Source: the human T2T-CHM13v2.0 reference genome, Homo sapiens. From it: a stretch of DNA of 64,000 bases. Position numbers and translations under genes: made by a program. Location: assembly GCF_009914755.1 (NCBI RefSeq), contig NC_060928.1; one strand, 5' to 3'. The notes below the pieces were generated by a model. That model was given only the letters and a program-made list of their open reading frames with translations, made no database searches and was not told the DNA's origin. Each line of letters opens with the position of its first letter. Within the stretch, counting starts at the first letter, position 1. Below are positions 16,749 to 32,868 of this stretch, piece by piece.

Positions 16749-17000
16749 TAAAAAATAGCCAGAACTACTTATTCTCTCCCTAAATCTCTCCTGTGCAACT
16801 CTCGTAGTGTAAGTGGAATTTGCTTATGTGTTTACCTCTCTTCCAAAAGGCATCTACAGACCTCTTAGCTGTGACTCAGGCTAACTTTTCAAAGTCCCTT
16901 TCACAGCAGCACCAGCAGGTGGTACCTAGAGTATTTCCATGATAGGACATCTCGTTTCTTTAATAAATCAGCCTGTTCTGTTGGTGGAAAGCTCCAGTGA

Positions 17001-17222
<222 letters not shown>

Positions 17223-17595
17223 TAAATGATGAACGCAACCTTGCCTCCCTGTAACTTCTGCTTGTAGGATCTAGTTTTGCTTTCTGGAGTGGCACAGAAA
17301 AAGTTGACCTTGTCAGCTGCACCAGAGCCCATGTAACTGGCAGGAACTCACCTGTCCTTTTCTGTTAAGAGTCACATTACACTCAATCTCTCACCAATTC
17401 TCTGTTGTTGGGATTCCTTACCAAGTATCCACAATTTGATAACATCTTTCACATCAATCACAGTTGCTCAGGTCAAATACATGGCATGTTTTATTGAGGG
17501 AATTTGTGAAGGCTGGCACATGATAGGCATTCAATAAATGGTAGGTACCATATTATAAATGAGGAAAAAGAAGTCAAACAAAAAGCCTACTTTGA

Positions 17596-17928
<333 letters not shown>

Positions 17929-19634
17929 CCACGAGGGGTGTTTTTTAATAAATATTTGCACTCATATGAATTATACTAAGACTTGCTAAAATGTACCCAG
18001 CGACCCTTCCCTCCCAGCTTATCTTTCTATTGATGCTATTGCAAAGGGCAGGTCCCATCTGCAAATAAGGATAAGACAGCAGCAAACGGATTGGATCCAA
18101 ACATCGCACTTCTGGCACTTTAGGACAAAGGGCTTTCTCTCCTCTTTGTTTCACCTGTGCAGGGCCTAGCATGAGATCCAAAATAGAATTCAAAAGGTAA
18201 GCCCACATGAGAACACGGTGTAATTATAGGGTTCCTGGGCTATACAAAAATGTGGGTTGTTGACAGTCTGTACAAGGTCTGGAGGAAGAATGAGTCCTGT
18301 TTTCAAGACTGGACGCTTTTATTTTCTGACTGCACTTTGAAAAAATCTTGTTTTGAGAGTGGGAGGAATCAGGAAGCGAAAGTACGTAAGAAACTTCATC
18401 TTTCCAGATGGCCAATCCAGAATGACCCCCCGCAAAACACACACATGTAAGACTCTGGTTTTCTGTTCTTTTTAACCCAATGTCACATGTATCACATGCA
18501 GGCATCACTAATTTCACAAAGTTCAGGCTCTCGCTTGGTAAGCTTAACTTACTTTCTCCTTCTTTGCAAGCTTAAAAAGATGCTAAGTTTTTTAGCCTCC
18601 GAAAGGAGTATCCCAGGTACTCGTCACCTGGGTAAACACACAGGCTTAGCAGGGAATTCTTCACCAGGCACGCTCATGAGACACAGTGTGTAAATAGCAG
18701 ATCTGAAATTCTACCACCTGCAATTATCGAGGTGGCTTGGGCAAACTAGAATCTGTAGCCCTCTCTAGAACAGGGTCCTGGTGTTAATATTCAGAGCAAC
18801 TGCCTCCCAGCGAGGACACTCACATAAACAAGGAGAATAGGAACTAGCGAACACCTGAAAATGTCCTCCCCATTGACTCTGATGGGACTGGCTGTTATTT
18901 TACATGAAGGAGCTCACATCCACATGCACAGCCCTCATCCTCCAGAACTTTCCACCACCTGCCCCCGCCAGGGTCTCCTCAAAGTGATTTAAAAAGTCAG
19001 TGAAACCTGCAAATTCTCCTAATCACACTCTCTGGAAGACCAGCCCTGCAGGTGTCACCGCCCACTCTATGCTGTCTCTCCCTCTTAACCACTGGACTAT
19101 GACAGCAGCACATCACAGGGGAAAACAGCCACCAGCAGAGGGCAGTCACAACACCAGTGTGGCAGGAAATACCAGCTGAGGACTCATCACTTCCAGCTCC
19201 CAACCAGGCAGGGAGGTTACATGACACCAACTCCGACACAAAGAGGAGATCTGCCTTCGTGTCTCTCTGCTTTGCCCAGCAGGAACCACCATCATTCATT
19301 CAAGGAGAATTATCTCCAAATTCCCTTATTCCATCAAAAGTGGAGTTTTTATTAAGTGGTAGAGCTATGGAATCATGGAGCTTAAAGTCCCCAATCAATC
19401 AAACGGGCAGGCGGACATGCAGAGCATTGGAAAAACACAACTGAGGTCAAAATCTCTTGTTTCATAGGTATGTCTTTTCTGTGGTTCTATCCTTCTTGTG
19501 GTGGAGAGGGAGGACCATATATTTTGGCTAATAATTGACACTGAAACTGAATCAGTGCTTCTGGCTAGGCTAGTAGCCTAGTGCCAACCCTTACCAATCA
19601 AATTCTAGAGAATATGTAATATAAGCACTAATAT

Positions 19635-19944
<310 letters not shown>

Positions 19945-20333
19945 TGATATTAATTTTTCCAGAAGCATGAAAAGCCTCCTTCTACAACATGGCACATAAC
20001 CTATTTCCATCACATTCACTCCCTGCCACACTGATGAGATTTTTCTCAGTCGTTAGTGAGTGACCACATTGGTGTTAGACTTAATCACTCAGCCCATCAC
20101 CTTCCACAACCAGGGTCAAACACAGTAGAGAATGAGGAACGCAGACGCAATTCCAGACTCTGTTTTAAATGCTGGTGATAAGAGGCGAAACAAAACAAAA
20201 CAAAACAAAAGTTCTGCCTTTCAAAGACAAGGATGGTTGTGAGGATGGCAATGCGACATGAAGAAAGCAAGTGAGCTTTGCCAGACACGTTAAGACACCA
20301 CGAAGGGGGGAGAAGTGAAAATCGGCCGGTTAC

Positions 20334-20339
20334 CTCTCT
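20334..20339 (-). CDS. APBB2: 6-nt microexon AGAGAG; adds two residues (R-D becomes R-E-R-D) in PTB1
   Basis: Minus strand reads TGCTAAC (branch point), an AG-free pyrimidine tract, then GGATTCAG|AGAGAG|GTAACC. Same sequence and intron position as the known APBB1 neuronal microexon. Confidence 0.88.
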
Positions 20340-23300
20340 CTGAATCCGGGAAGGCGTGAGGGAACAGAGCAGAAACAACACGTTAGCATTCACACGGCAT
20401 CCCGCCAATAACACAGCCCCGTTAACAGCGAGTCTGAGCACTGACAGCTCATCTAATTTCCCAACTCTGCAGCAATTAATAGGCTTTCCGTGCTTATTTT
20501 AGGTCAACTGTATCACCCAGAAGTGTGTATTTTGAGCCACATTATGATGAAGCCAAGAGATGCCAGCTGAATTTACAGAGGCAACATATCAACTGGGGGA
20601 GGTAATCAAGCTTAAAATATCACAGTCAAATACAGGAAACTGTTTGCAGTAAACACTGGCAGAGGACGTGTCTTCATTTTCCAGTTCCACCTGCTCCCAA
20701 TAAAAAACATACAGAAACAACGGCATGGACATAGCCTTACCTGTTTTACCGACATTCCTGACACTCTATTAACAGAGCCACATCACTGGAATCCAGGCAC
20801 TTTTCCTGAGATGCATCCTTACAGGGCAACAGGGAGGGAGGGAGGCAGCACAGGTCAAGGGCGGGTGGGAAGTGGGAGAGACAGGAGATGACAGCTCAAT
20901 GGGGGAGAGATCAGAGACGTCCCAGGAAAGAGAGGAATGGAACGGAGAGAGGAACACAGTGCAAGTCTGGTTGGGGCCACACTCTTGGAGTTCCCTCCCT
21001 GAGCTACCCAGAGCTGTCCTGAGCTGCCTGGGACCCTAATGAAGTCACTTAATCCCCTGACCCATGGTGCTCACACCATTCCTTTCTGGCATTGTCACAG
21101 CCGATTTGCATGCACCGTACACAGAGCAACTAGACCAAAGAGCATGGAGCACTGGATAGATAACGAGGAGGAAAGGAAGAAACCCAATGTTTACAGAAAC
21201 CCGTTCTCTCGGGCACTCTATGGCCAGGGTCATGGAGCGGCCAGCAGGGCCCTGCAGGGATGGAGCTAAAATCATGGCATGAAACACCAAGTGCACCAGA
21301 CAGTGAACCACAAAGTCATTAAGTGGAAAGGAAGAGCTGCTCACCCTGAGGCGGAACAATGACCATGGCACACTAGTAAGTGGAGCAAAAACAAAGCCAA
21401 GCTGTAAATGCATGGTCTTATAAAAACAACAAAATGTTTGCATGTGTATTTTAATATATACACAGTAAAAAACTTGGAATATAATACCCGAACTGTCAAC
21501 TGTAATATGGAAAGAGGATTATGGAGGATTTTACTTTATCTCTTTGAAAATTATACAATAAGCACATTTGACTTTTGTGATAAAATATGCAAATATCTAC
21601 CTCAGTACTGAAGGAAAGCCATTGTGATCAGCATGCCCCAGGGCAGTTAACAGGACTAATATTAATGATTACAGTAACACCAGCCACCAATTACCCTTTA
21701 TTGAGCTCTGTTTGGCCCCTAACAGTAACTGGACAAGGTCAGTATTACTGTTCTGACAGATGAGGAAACAAGTTCAGAGAGGCTAAGACACTTGGCCAAG
21801 GTCACACAGCTACTACATGGGGAAGAGAGTTTGACAGTAGGCTGCAGGACTCGAATTCTAGTCTTAGATGCACCCATGATGGGTACTCCACCCTTCTACA
21901 CAGTCCTGCAGAGCCCCCTAATGGTTTGTCTCCTAAATGGCAAACACAGTCCCTAGGCACAGGTATTCAAGGTAGGGCCAAAGGGTTTGGCCAAGAACCT
22001 AGGGTTTTAGAGGAACAGGGAACATTCCTCTCTTTTGGTGAACTTTTGTAGGGAAAGAGGTGGCTAAAAATTCCTAAGAGGATCTTTGGGCTGAAGAGGC
22101 AGACACAGCTGTGCTCAAATCCAGATGGGTAGCCACATTCCTTCAAGTACACTGCTTACCTTCTCTTTATTTACCCAACATAGATTTCCAGGGCCCCTCT
22201 GTGTGCCAGGCACACTGTGTTACATGGTATGCCCCACAAAACCTGTTTCCTCATCATTGAAGAGGGGATAAGGACACCTGCTCATGCTCATAATGCTCAG
22301 GGGCATTATAAGCATGAAGTTAAATGGGACGACACGTGTATGGGAGTGCTGGGCATGTAACAAAGCTGCAATAACCTGCAACGTTAACAGCTATTATCAC
22401 TGTGTCATCCAATAGCTTCATCTCTTCGGCTGGGTTGTGCTGGGCAGCATTTGAGATGGACTGTCTCCCACGGAAGGACAGTCACCTGGGGGAGTGGCAG
22501 GGGCCCTCTGCTCAGGTTTGCTGGACCCCAGCTGATACAGGATGCTGGAGAGTCACCCCTTGGCTCAGGTCCCTCTGTGCTACTCGGTTCCACCTATCAA
22601 AGCCAGGCTTGGGTAGCAATTTACAAGATCAGCAAAGGACCCAGAGACCTGGATGCTGGTCCCAGTCTGAATCCACAGCTGGGTAACATTATGCAAGTCA
22701 CACAACCTCCCTAATTCTTGGGTTCCTAATCTCAGAATGGATGTGCTAGGAACTTCTTAGTGCTCAGATTTTTATCAGAAAAGGATATGTTAGTGCTTTG
22801 ACTTGCTTTTAATTACACCAAATGTTTTCAATTTCTTATTTTTAATAAAAAGCCTATCTGTAGTGTGTGACAAAAACTTTAAAAATCTAACAATCTGAGA
22901 ATACAACCTGTTTCTTTTGTGTATAATTATTATTGTAGTCTTGGATATTTTAAATCAGATCCACTGCTAGTGATTCACTTAAAAACATACCATCAAGATG
23001 TAGCTACTGTGTTTTTCCCTGAAAGCAGACTTGGAAAAAATGCTACTGCAAACTTTTAACACAGTTAATTCATTTGGAGTTAATAAACACTGCTTGATTT
23101 AAGTATCAAAGTGAAAACCAGCCATAAATAAGACACCGCAGAGTGATATTTGAAATGTCATTCAGAAACCCAGAAGAGTCACAGACAGTGCCAGCAGCTC
23201 CACCAATTCAGCACCTTGTAAATTTGCTGGGAAGAAAACATCAGTCCAAAGCTGGGCTTCTGCACAAGACAAACCAGTCTGAGAGTGGAGAAGGCTAAAT

Positions 23301-23543
23301 TTAGTGCCAGGCGTAAGTCTACTCCCTTCTCGCTGTACAAGATGCCAGTGGGAAGAATTAAACCCCAAGATTAATTCCACATGAGCCGCACATCCCAAGG
23401 CTGCCTGATCAGCATGCTCTCCGTGGCTGTTCCTTGGGAAAATAAATGCCGGAGTAATTGGCAATGTTTTCATTAATATAAGCCTGAAATAACAGAAGTA
23501 CCTGGCATGTGTAACTGGAATCCAAATGAAAAGGAAATTCCTC

Positions 23544-23574
<31 letters not shown>

Positions 23575-23924
23575 AGCACACCAGAATGACAATGTCTATT
23601 CCAGCTTTTTGGAAGAGGACGCCATCTCCTGTTCCCTGGCACAGCCACCTACTTCTCATGCTGCGCACAACTGTCCACTTTTCACAAACTGAGCACGCGA
23701 GGCAAGGACTTGCCAGTAGACTTCTCACTCCATTTTTGCAGAAGTCTCTGTTGCATGCTTCTTTTTGATGTTTGTCTTTCATCACTGGCCATCTCTCTAG
23801 CCTTTTGAGCACACATCACACCATTATCCACAGGACAATGAAGTAAACACTGCAAAACTTTACATCATGAAAATTCTTGCACCAGCTCCTGAGTCTGACA
23901 GTTTATTTTTTCCCTCCAGCTTCA

Positions 23925-23992
23925 GGGGTGGGTAGGTGGGTGTGGGTGGGTGGGTGGGTGGGTGTGAGTGGGGTGTGTGTGTGTGTGTGTGT
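23925..23992. repeat. (GGGT)n followed by (GT)n simple repeat
   Basis: Direct reading of the sequence. Confidence 0.95.
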
Positions 23993-25125
23993 CATTTATC
24001 AGCTGTCTGCCCTTGGTCAGGGCCCTTAGCCTCTTTGTTTTTCAGTTTCTTCATCTGTGAAATGGGAATCATAGAGGCCTTCAGGTCCTGAGAGTGCCAT
24101 AAAATTCCATTATTTAATCCATATAAAGCTCCTACAGGATGGCGGCTTGAGTATGGCCTTACAGTGCAGGCCAGGCCAATCACTATGTGAGAGAGGGAAG
24201 GGGAGCTCCACGAGGAGAAAGGAAAGGTTCCTGACCTGTTTTGGATCAAGGCCCTCGGATGAAAACACTCCAAAAAAAAAAAAAAAAAAAAAAAGTGCAC
24301 AGACTCACAATTTTATACACAATTTTGGAAGGGGGCAGAGCTGGAACAGTTCAGTGATTCTTGAAACTCAATCCCAGGTCCCTTTAGAATCTACATGCCG
24401 CAGGTGAAAGGCCTCTGAACTGAAATGAATACTGAATTTATGCAAATTTACCATCTGATTTCTGGCTGATATTTAGAGAATTCATCTCAGGGAAAGGTTC
24501 TATCCTTCCCAGGATCAACCGGTGACATGAACAACCGTCTCTGACCAAGTGTGCCTTCCTTTCCAAAGCAAGCTCCCCTCCCACCTCACTGTCCTGCCCA
24601 GCAGCGCCATGATGGGAAAGTTAGACTTCCAGCACTTAGAAGTGTAAAGCCAGGAGTTAAAGTGGTTGAGGTTATTGAAATTCAAGGCACATTATTCTAA
24701 ACAAAGGACTTTCTCATGCCATTGGAGGGAAGACACAATAGTTACCAGCCTGCTTACTAATGAGGAGGAGGGAAAAAGGATATTTAAAAGCAACCAGGAA
24801 ACGAGTATTTTTAAAAGTCCATCTTTGAAGACTTTAAGCAAGAATTAACGAGCTTCAGCTTTCATCTGTGCTATATCACAGATTAAAAAAAAAACAAAAA
24901 ACCAAATGCAAAAATCTTGCATCTCTGAATATCTGAGAGAAGAATACACACACAAATTATAGTTAGTTATTAAGTGAGAGATAATTTACACCATGTTCCA
25001 GTTTCAACTTTAAAGTTTAGGGTATAATGAAAGGATAACGTTATATAAATTCTACCTGAACTGTGAAACCATGGGTTAGCTTCCTTTCTGAAAGCCAAGA
25101 TGGTAAAACAAAAATAAAAAATACC

Positions 25126-25420
25126 AGGTCAGGCATGGTGGCTCACACTTGTAATCCCAGCACTTTGGGAGGTTGAGGCAGGTGGATTACTTGAGGCCAG
25201 GAGTTCAAGACCAGCCTGCCAACATGACGAAACCCTGTCTCTACTAAAAATACAAAAATTAGCCAGGCATGGTGGCGCACACCTGTAGTCCCAGCTACTC
25301 AGGAGGCTGAGACGTGAGAATCACTGCAACCCGGGAGGTGGAGGTTGCAGTGAGCTGAGATCGTGCCTCTGCACTCCTGCCTGGGTGACAGAGCAAGACC
25401 GTCTCAAAAAAATAAAACAA
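25126..25420 (+). mobile_element. AluS
   Basis: Dimeric Alu. Confidence 0.95.
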
Positions 25421-25754
25421 CACGAAACACCTTGACACCAGAAGGCTCCTATCTGACAAAGCACAGGAACGCATAAGGATTTAGAACTGATTCTGAGCAG
25501 GGAAAATGACAGCACAGTGGTTTCCATGCCAGAATGCCATCAGGGTACAAACTCCTGGCAAGGTGCAGACAAGCCTCCTACTTAAAACCACGGTGAGCAC
25601 CCAGCCACATGGAGGACCTCTTGTGGATATGGTGAATCACTTTCTGAATTTTCAAGGGGCTTTCTTTGTGCCAGTTCAAAGGAGTACTAGGGTAGATAAC
25701 ATGGAAAGCCAATACATATGGCCTTCATTTGAATTGTTTGTTGTTTTTGCTTGC

Positions 25755-26053
25755 TTTTTTTTTTTTTTAAGAGATGGGATCTCGCTCTGTTGCCCAGGCA
25801 GGAGTCCAGTAGCACGATCATAGCTTACTGCATCCTCAAACTACTTGGCTCAAGCAATCCTCCGGCCTCAACCTCCCAAGTAGCGGGGGCTATAGGTGTT
25901 TGCCATCATACCCGGCTAATTTTTTATTTGTTGTAGAAATGAGGTCTCACTATGTTGCAAAGGTTGGTCTCAAACTTTTGGGCTCAAGCAATCCACCCAC
26001 CTCAGCTTCTCAAAAAAGTATTTGGATTACAGGCATGAGCCACTATGCCCAGT
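25755..26053 (-). mobile_element. AluJ
   Basis: Diverged reverse Alu. Confidence 0.92.
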
Positions 26054-27627
26054 CCTGAATTTTGTTAACTTCCATCTAGATACAAGTATTTCTGGTATAA
26101 TGTAAACTCAATAATATCTAAAGAAAAGCAGACACCAACCCTAGGAAGGCTGATTACCACTAACCAAGTAACAGTAGCGGCTCCTGGCTATGATTGCTTC
26201 TGTCTAGCCAGGCTCTATTCTTGCTGCGCACTGTCGCCAAGCCACACAATAACCTTGCAGGGGGAAGCATCACGACTCATTTTACAAATGAGGAATTGAA
26301 GGGTCAGAGAGTTTAAGTTGACTTGCTCCAAAGCCCACAGCTAGCAGGTGGTAGATCTGCAAACAGAACACAGGCCTGCTGGCTGGGCTCTTTCCTGCCG
26401 TGTAGCTCTGGGGCACCTAGCACCTGAGCCTGGCTCCCTCCCAGTTAATTGGCTCTGCTCAGGACCCCATCCCTCACTGGAGGTAGCCTCTGCTCTGCCT
26501 TTCTCTCTCTGTCCCCATTGGACTTTTGGTTCCACCACTGCTGGAGCTCGTGATGGTAATTAAGTGCTGTGTTTGGTTTAAATTACCTTCCTTTCATCAT
26601 CTGCTCAGTAGCCACTTATTCCATGACTCCTCTGCTTACAATTCCCAACCCCCACCCGCCCCACCGCCGCAAACTCCCTGCCTCCAGCCACACTGGGACC
26701 GTTTTGCTCCGAAACATACAAGCCCGCCCCTGCCTGGGCTTGCTGATCGGCTGCTTGGTCTGCTTTTCCCCCAGGTCCTCCCCTCATCATCCTGATCATC
26801 ACTGCCTCCAAAAGAACCCTGAGGATCCCCCAGTCATTGTCAACATTCACAGCCATCTGAAGCTACCCTATTTCCCTCTCTCCACCAAGAAAGTAAAGCT
26901 CATGCGAGCAAGAACCTTTCTGCCTGTTCACTTACCACTGTCTGGCACATAGTAGGCAATCAATCAATATTCTTGAACATGTGAATAAATACCTAAGTAG
27001 GGGAAAGAGTGAACTCCCTTCTTCCTGATCAGGTTGGTAAGAAGCTAAGGGAAGGATGCCACAAACAGTAGGGAGTTGGCTGGATTCCTTTTTCTCCTGC
27101 TATTGCTCATCACAGACAGCGCTTTTAAAATGACTTTGGTTCATATCCTGTTTTCATGTCAGCTGAAACAATGTTAATAAAACATATATTTCATCTGAAC
27201 AGGCAGGAGGCAAGTTCTGAGAAGATTATTAATCTCTTATGACTCTATTTAAAAGCCAAGCGAATCTATACTCTGATCATCTCCAGCAGAAACAACAACA
27301 ATGTTGCCAGAGCTCCTAACTAGATTCCTTCCTTGGAACATTTGTCTAAATGAGAAATAGCTCCTCTGCTCCTGAAGAAATCAATATATAAATTTCCCTC
27401 GTATATTGATTTCTATCAAGATTTATCCCCAGATAATTTTCTTTATATTTGTACTCTTAAGAGAAATAAACCTCTGCTTATCATTTAGGGAAAAGACCCA
27501 AGACAACACATTCCCATACCTGCTGAGGCAGTTATGGACTGAAAAGCTGCCCTTTGGGGAGCCCACAAAGCATTCCTCCCACCCCCTCAGAGGTACTAGT
27601 GTATAATGGCAGGAGTTAACTTCTTGA

Positions 27628-28054
<427 letters not shown>

Positions 28055-28096
28055 TAAAAAACGAAAACCACAACGCCACTGCTGTAACATCCTGCT

Positions 28097-28222
28097 TTGT
28101 TTTTGTTAAGACACGGAGTCTTAGATGCTGTCCTGGCTGGACACAAACTCCTTGACTCAAGTGATTTGCCCACCTCAGGCTCCAGAACAGCTGGGACTAC
28201 AGGTGGGGACCACTGTGCCCGG
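28097..28222 (-). mobile_element. Alu monomer (FLAM-like)
   Basis: Single diverged Alu arm. Confidence 0.75.
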
Positions 28223-28488
28223 CTTTGTAACACCCTATTATTATTATTTGAGTTTGGCTTCCTGTTATTGTCCATATTTGACAACTATAACAAGTATGTC
28301 ATCTTAAAAAAGAAAGAGGCTCAAGTGTAGAAATACCCCAAAGACCCTGACCTTCTGCAGGAATTCTCTTTGGGGGCTAATTTTCAACACAACACAAAGC
28401 TGGCCAAAGATGACTGAACCTTCTTACTTCCAAGTGACGAAATCCCTATTTGAATTGTCATTAAAGGTTCTGTGCAGGTCCTTCAGAT

Positions 28489-28951
28489 CAGGGATCAGCA
28501 AATTATGATCCCCCCAAATCTCAGACTGTTTTGTGAATGAAGAGTATTGGACCACGGCCACACTCATTCACTTAGGCAGAGGCTACAGCAACTTTTGTGC
28601 CACAGCTGCAGAGCTGAGTAGTTGCAACAGAGGCCACATGGCTCCAAAAGCCTCAAATATTTAATATGTGGCCAGTGCCCGGGAGTTCGAGGTCAGCATG
28701 GACAACACAGTGAGACCTCAGCTCTACAAAAAATTTTTTTAAATAGCCAGGTGTGGTGGTGTGTAAAGTGTGAGTCTCAGCTATTCAGGAGGCTGAGGCA
28801 GGAGAACTGCTTGAGCCCAGGAGGTCAAGGCTGCAGTGAGCCGTGATCACACCACTTGCACTCCAGCCTGGGTAACTGAGTGAGACCCCATCTCAAAAAA
28901 AAAATTTTTTTTTAAAACTGGCCTTTTACAGGAAAAATCTGCCAACCCCTG
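28489..28951 (+). mobile_element. MER58-like hAT element interrupted by a 5'-truncated Alu (~28670-28915)
   Basis: TIR-like ends CAGGGATCAGCAAA and TCTGCCAACCCCTG. Confidence 0.75.
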
Positions 28952-29671
28952 CTCTAGAGGACAATCTGTTTCAAGGGTGCAACATACGATGTGGACAGCA
29001 CTGGCTAAACACTTCGTGGAGCCCAGTGCAAAATGAAAATGCAAGGCTGTCAAAAAAAACAATGAACATTTTCAAGATGTTAACAGCAGAGTGTAAACCA
29101 ATTGAGGGACTCTGCAACTGGCTGAGATGGTAGAATAATTCTCGTTACAGGTGACAAACTCCCAGGGCTGGCTAGAAACTGTTCCACCAAGATGCAAGAG
29201 TAAGAGCATTTACAACCTGCAAGTGCTTTAGAACCAAACAACCTTTTGCTCAATTTAAATCTTACACGGATGCCCAACATGTGAAGCGGCAGCCATGTGG
29301 ACGTCTGCCCCAGCCATTTTATTTCTAAAAGGTCACTAGCAGATGATGGCTCTTACAGTGTTTTAAAAGGGAGGGCGATGAAAAACAAAACACACCAGAA
29401 TCCTCGAAAACAGCATTTTCAGGTAACCTGGCAAACAGATGCATGCTCTGATACGACAGAATCAGGCCAACTTGGCCCCATTGTCAATTGTACTCTCGGC
29501 TGCTGCTTGTCCTCTATCATAATTATTCCAACTGCTATAATTTATTCATCCCCAGACAAGCTTCCATGTTATAAGGTACCCAGATTGAAATGGCTGGAAG
29601 CTCAAGTCACTCCTGCCCTTTCCCATCTGCTGAAAATACTGACTGCAGAAGGAATATTTTCTATGCATATA

Positions 29672-29704
<33 letters not shown>

Positions 29705-30023
29705 CAAAACCAAACCAAAGTTATCTCAAAACTCAAGTTCTCTGACAAACATGTTGTTAAGCTTTCAAGTTCACAATTCTGCAGCTGGAAGAAGGGGGCA
29801 GAGAATCCTATCAGAAACTCAGTATTTAGTTCTACTTTACAGCTATAAGGAAATGGCTTCTCTAGCTCTCAAAATGCTCAGTGAATTTCCTGCAAAGTTA
29901 CTAAGAAAGTTACCCTCTTTGAATTGAAATACATATGGAACAAATTTTATATTTATGAGAGAGTATCAATTGTTGGAACTACAGAGGATGCTGCATGTGA
30001 AGTAACTTCAAATGTAATTACGG

Positions 30024-30320
<297 letters not shown>

Positions 30321-30377
30321 TTATGAATGGATTCTTATAAACTGGGAACAAAGGTAGAATAATTCCATATAAATTAA

Positions 30378-30902
<525 letters not shown>

Positions 30903-31375
30903 TGATACAACATAAATGTAAAGGGAGTTGTTCCATGGCTTAATAACTTTGTCCTCGAACAGTTATTACTTCTATTAGCATGTATTTTCTACAGACATAA
31001 ACAACGCATCAAAGAAATCAGGTATGGTCCTAGATCACACCCCTTCCTGCATCTTCTACAGTCAACTTGGCGAGTTCAACCTCCACATTTCCCCCACCCA
31101 CCTGCTTCTCTTCATGCCCTCTGCCATGTCACTGATCTCTCCTGGACTAGGGCTAGCCAACTGGTCCCTCGTTTTCCACTCCTGTTCCCAATATCTATTC
31201 CCTGAGATCTTTCTGTATGAAATAAACTAGATCATGGCATTCCCCTGGTTAACCCTCTTCACGGGCACCTCATGGCAAACCTTTAAGCACTGCCCACAAG
31301 CCCTAAAGGATCCTGTCCCCACCCACCTCTTCCAGCACAAACCACTGGCCTCCTCTTCATCCTCAGGCACGTTGA

Positions 31376-31701
<326 letters not shown>

Positions 31702-32450
31702 TGTTCCTCAGTGCTTTCTATTCACTCCCTACATGGCTGGCTTCTTCTCAGCCTTCAAGCCCAGCTCAAATGTTGCCTCCTAGGACAGGCTGCCTCCTGA
31801 TGGCCCCTTTCCCCTCTGAGCTACTCTGTTGCATCACGCTGTTGATGGTCTTCAAGACACTCGGCATAACCTGTATCATCTTGCTTCCTGAATTGTTTTT
31901 CCGGCTTATCTCCTGCCTCTTCAAACAGGGACCTCATCTGTCTCAGTCCTTCATGCTGCCTCACAAGGTGCCTGACACATGGATGCTCCTTATCTGCCGA
32001 ACAGCATATTAACCATTAGACTATAAATATTAAGCACATGGATGGTCAAAATTAAACCCTAAAAGTAGACAATGAAGTATTTTCATCTACATTCATTCAT
32101 CTGCCCATTAATCAACTGGGTTATTTATGGAGGGCATCCTATACTAGGTACTATGTTAGGGCCCGAGGAATCCAAAAGTCTAAGAACTCCTCAAATATGT
32201 CATATTCTGTGTTCAACACAAGCTCTTTAAAAAGACAAGTTACACTACTACTTAGTATGTTTTTCTGTGATCCTAGAGATTTGTGAAAACCTAGATAAGA
32301 GGTTATATGCCATCAGTTTACTCCCAAAAACCCATGAAACGTATATGGAGAGTAAATAGGGACACAGTTAAGTCATCTCTTAACACTCGGGAGCCTGGAC
32401 AGATGTAAAGCTTTGCTCAGCCAGTGGTACAGAATGAAATTCATTTCCTA

Positions 32451-32868
<418 letters not shown>

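Noticed and set aside
16912-16925. CTCF-like CCAGCAGGTGGTAC (similar near 61028)
   Set aside because: A partial motif match alone cannot support binding; ChIP-seq is needed.
23207-23227. REST/RE1-like TTCAGCACC
   Set aside because: Left half-site only; the GGACAG half is missing.
23162-23812. 216-aa minus-strand ORF
   Set aside because: Crosses a poly(A) tract that gives a poly-Phe run. No domain or exon signals; a chance ORF.
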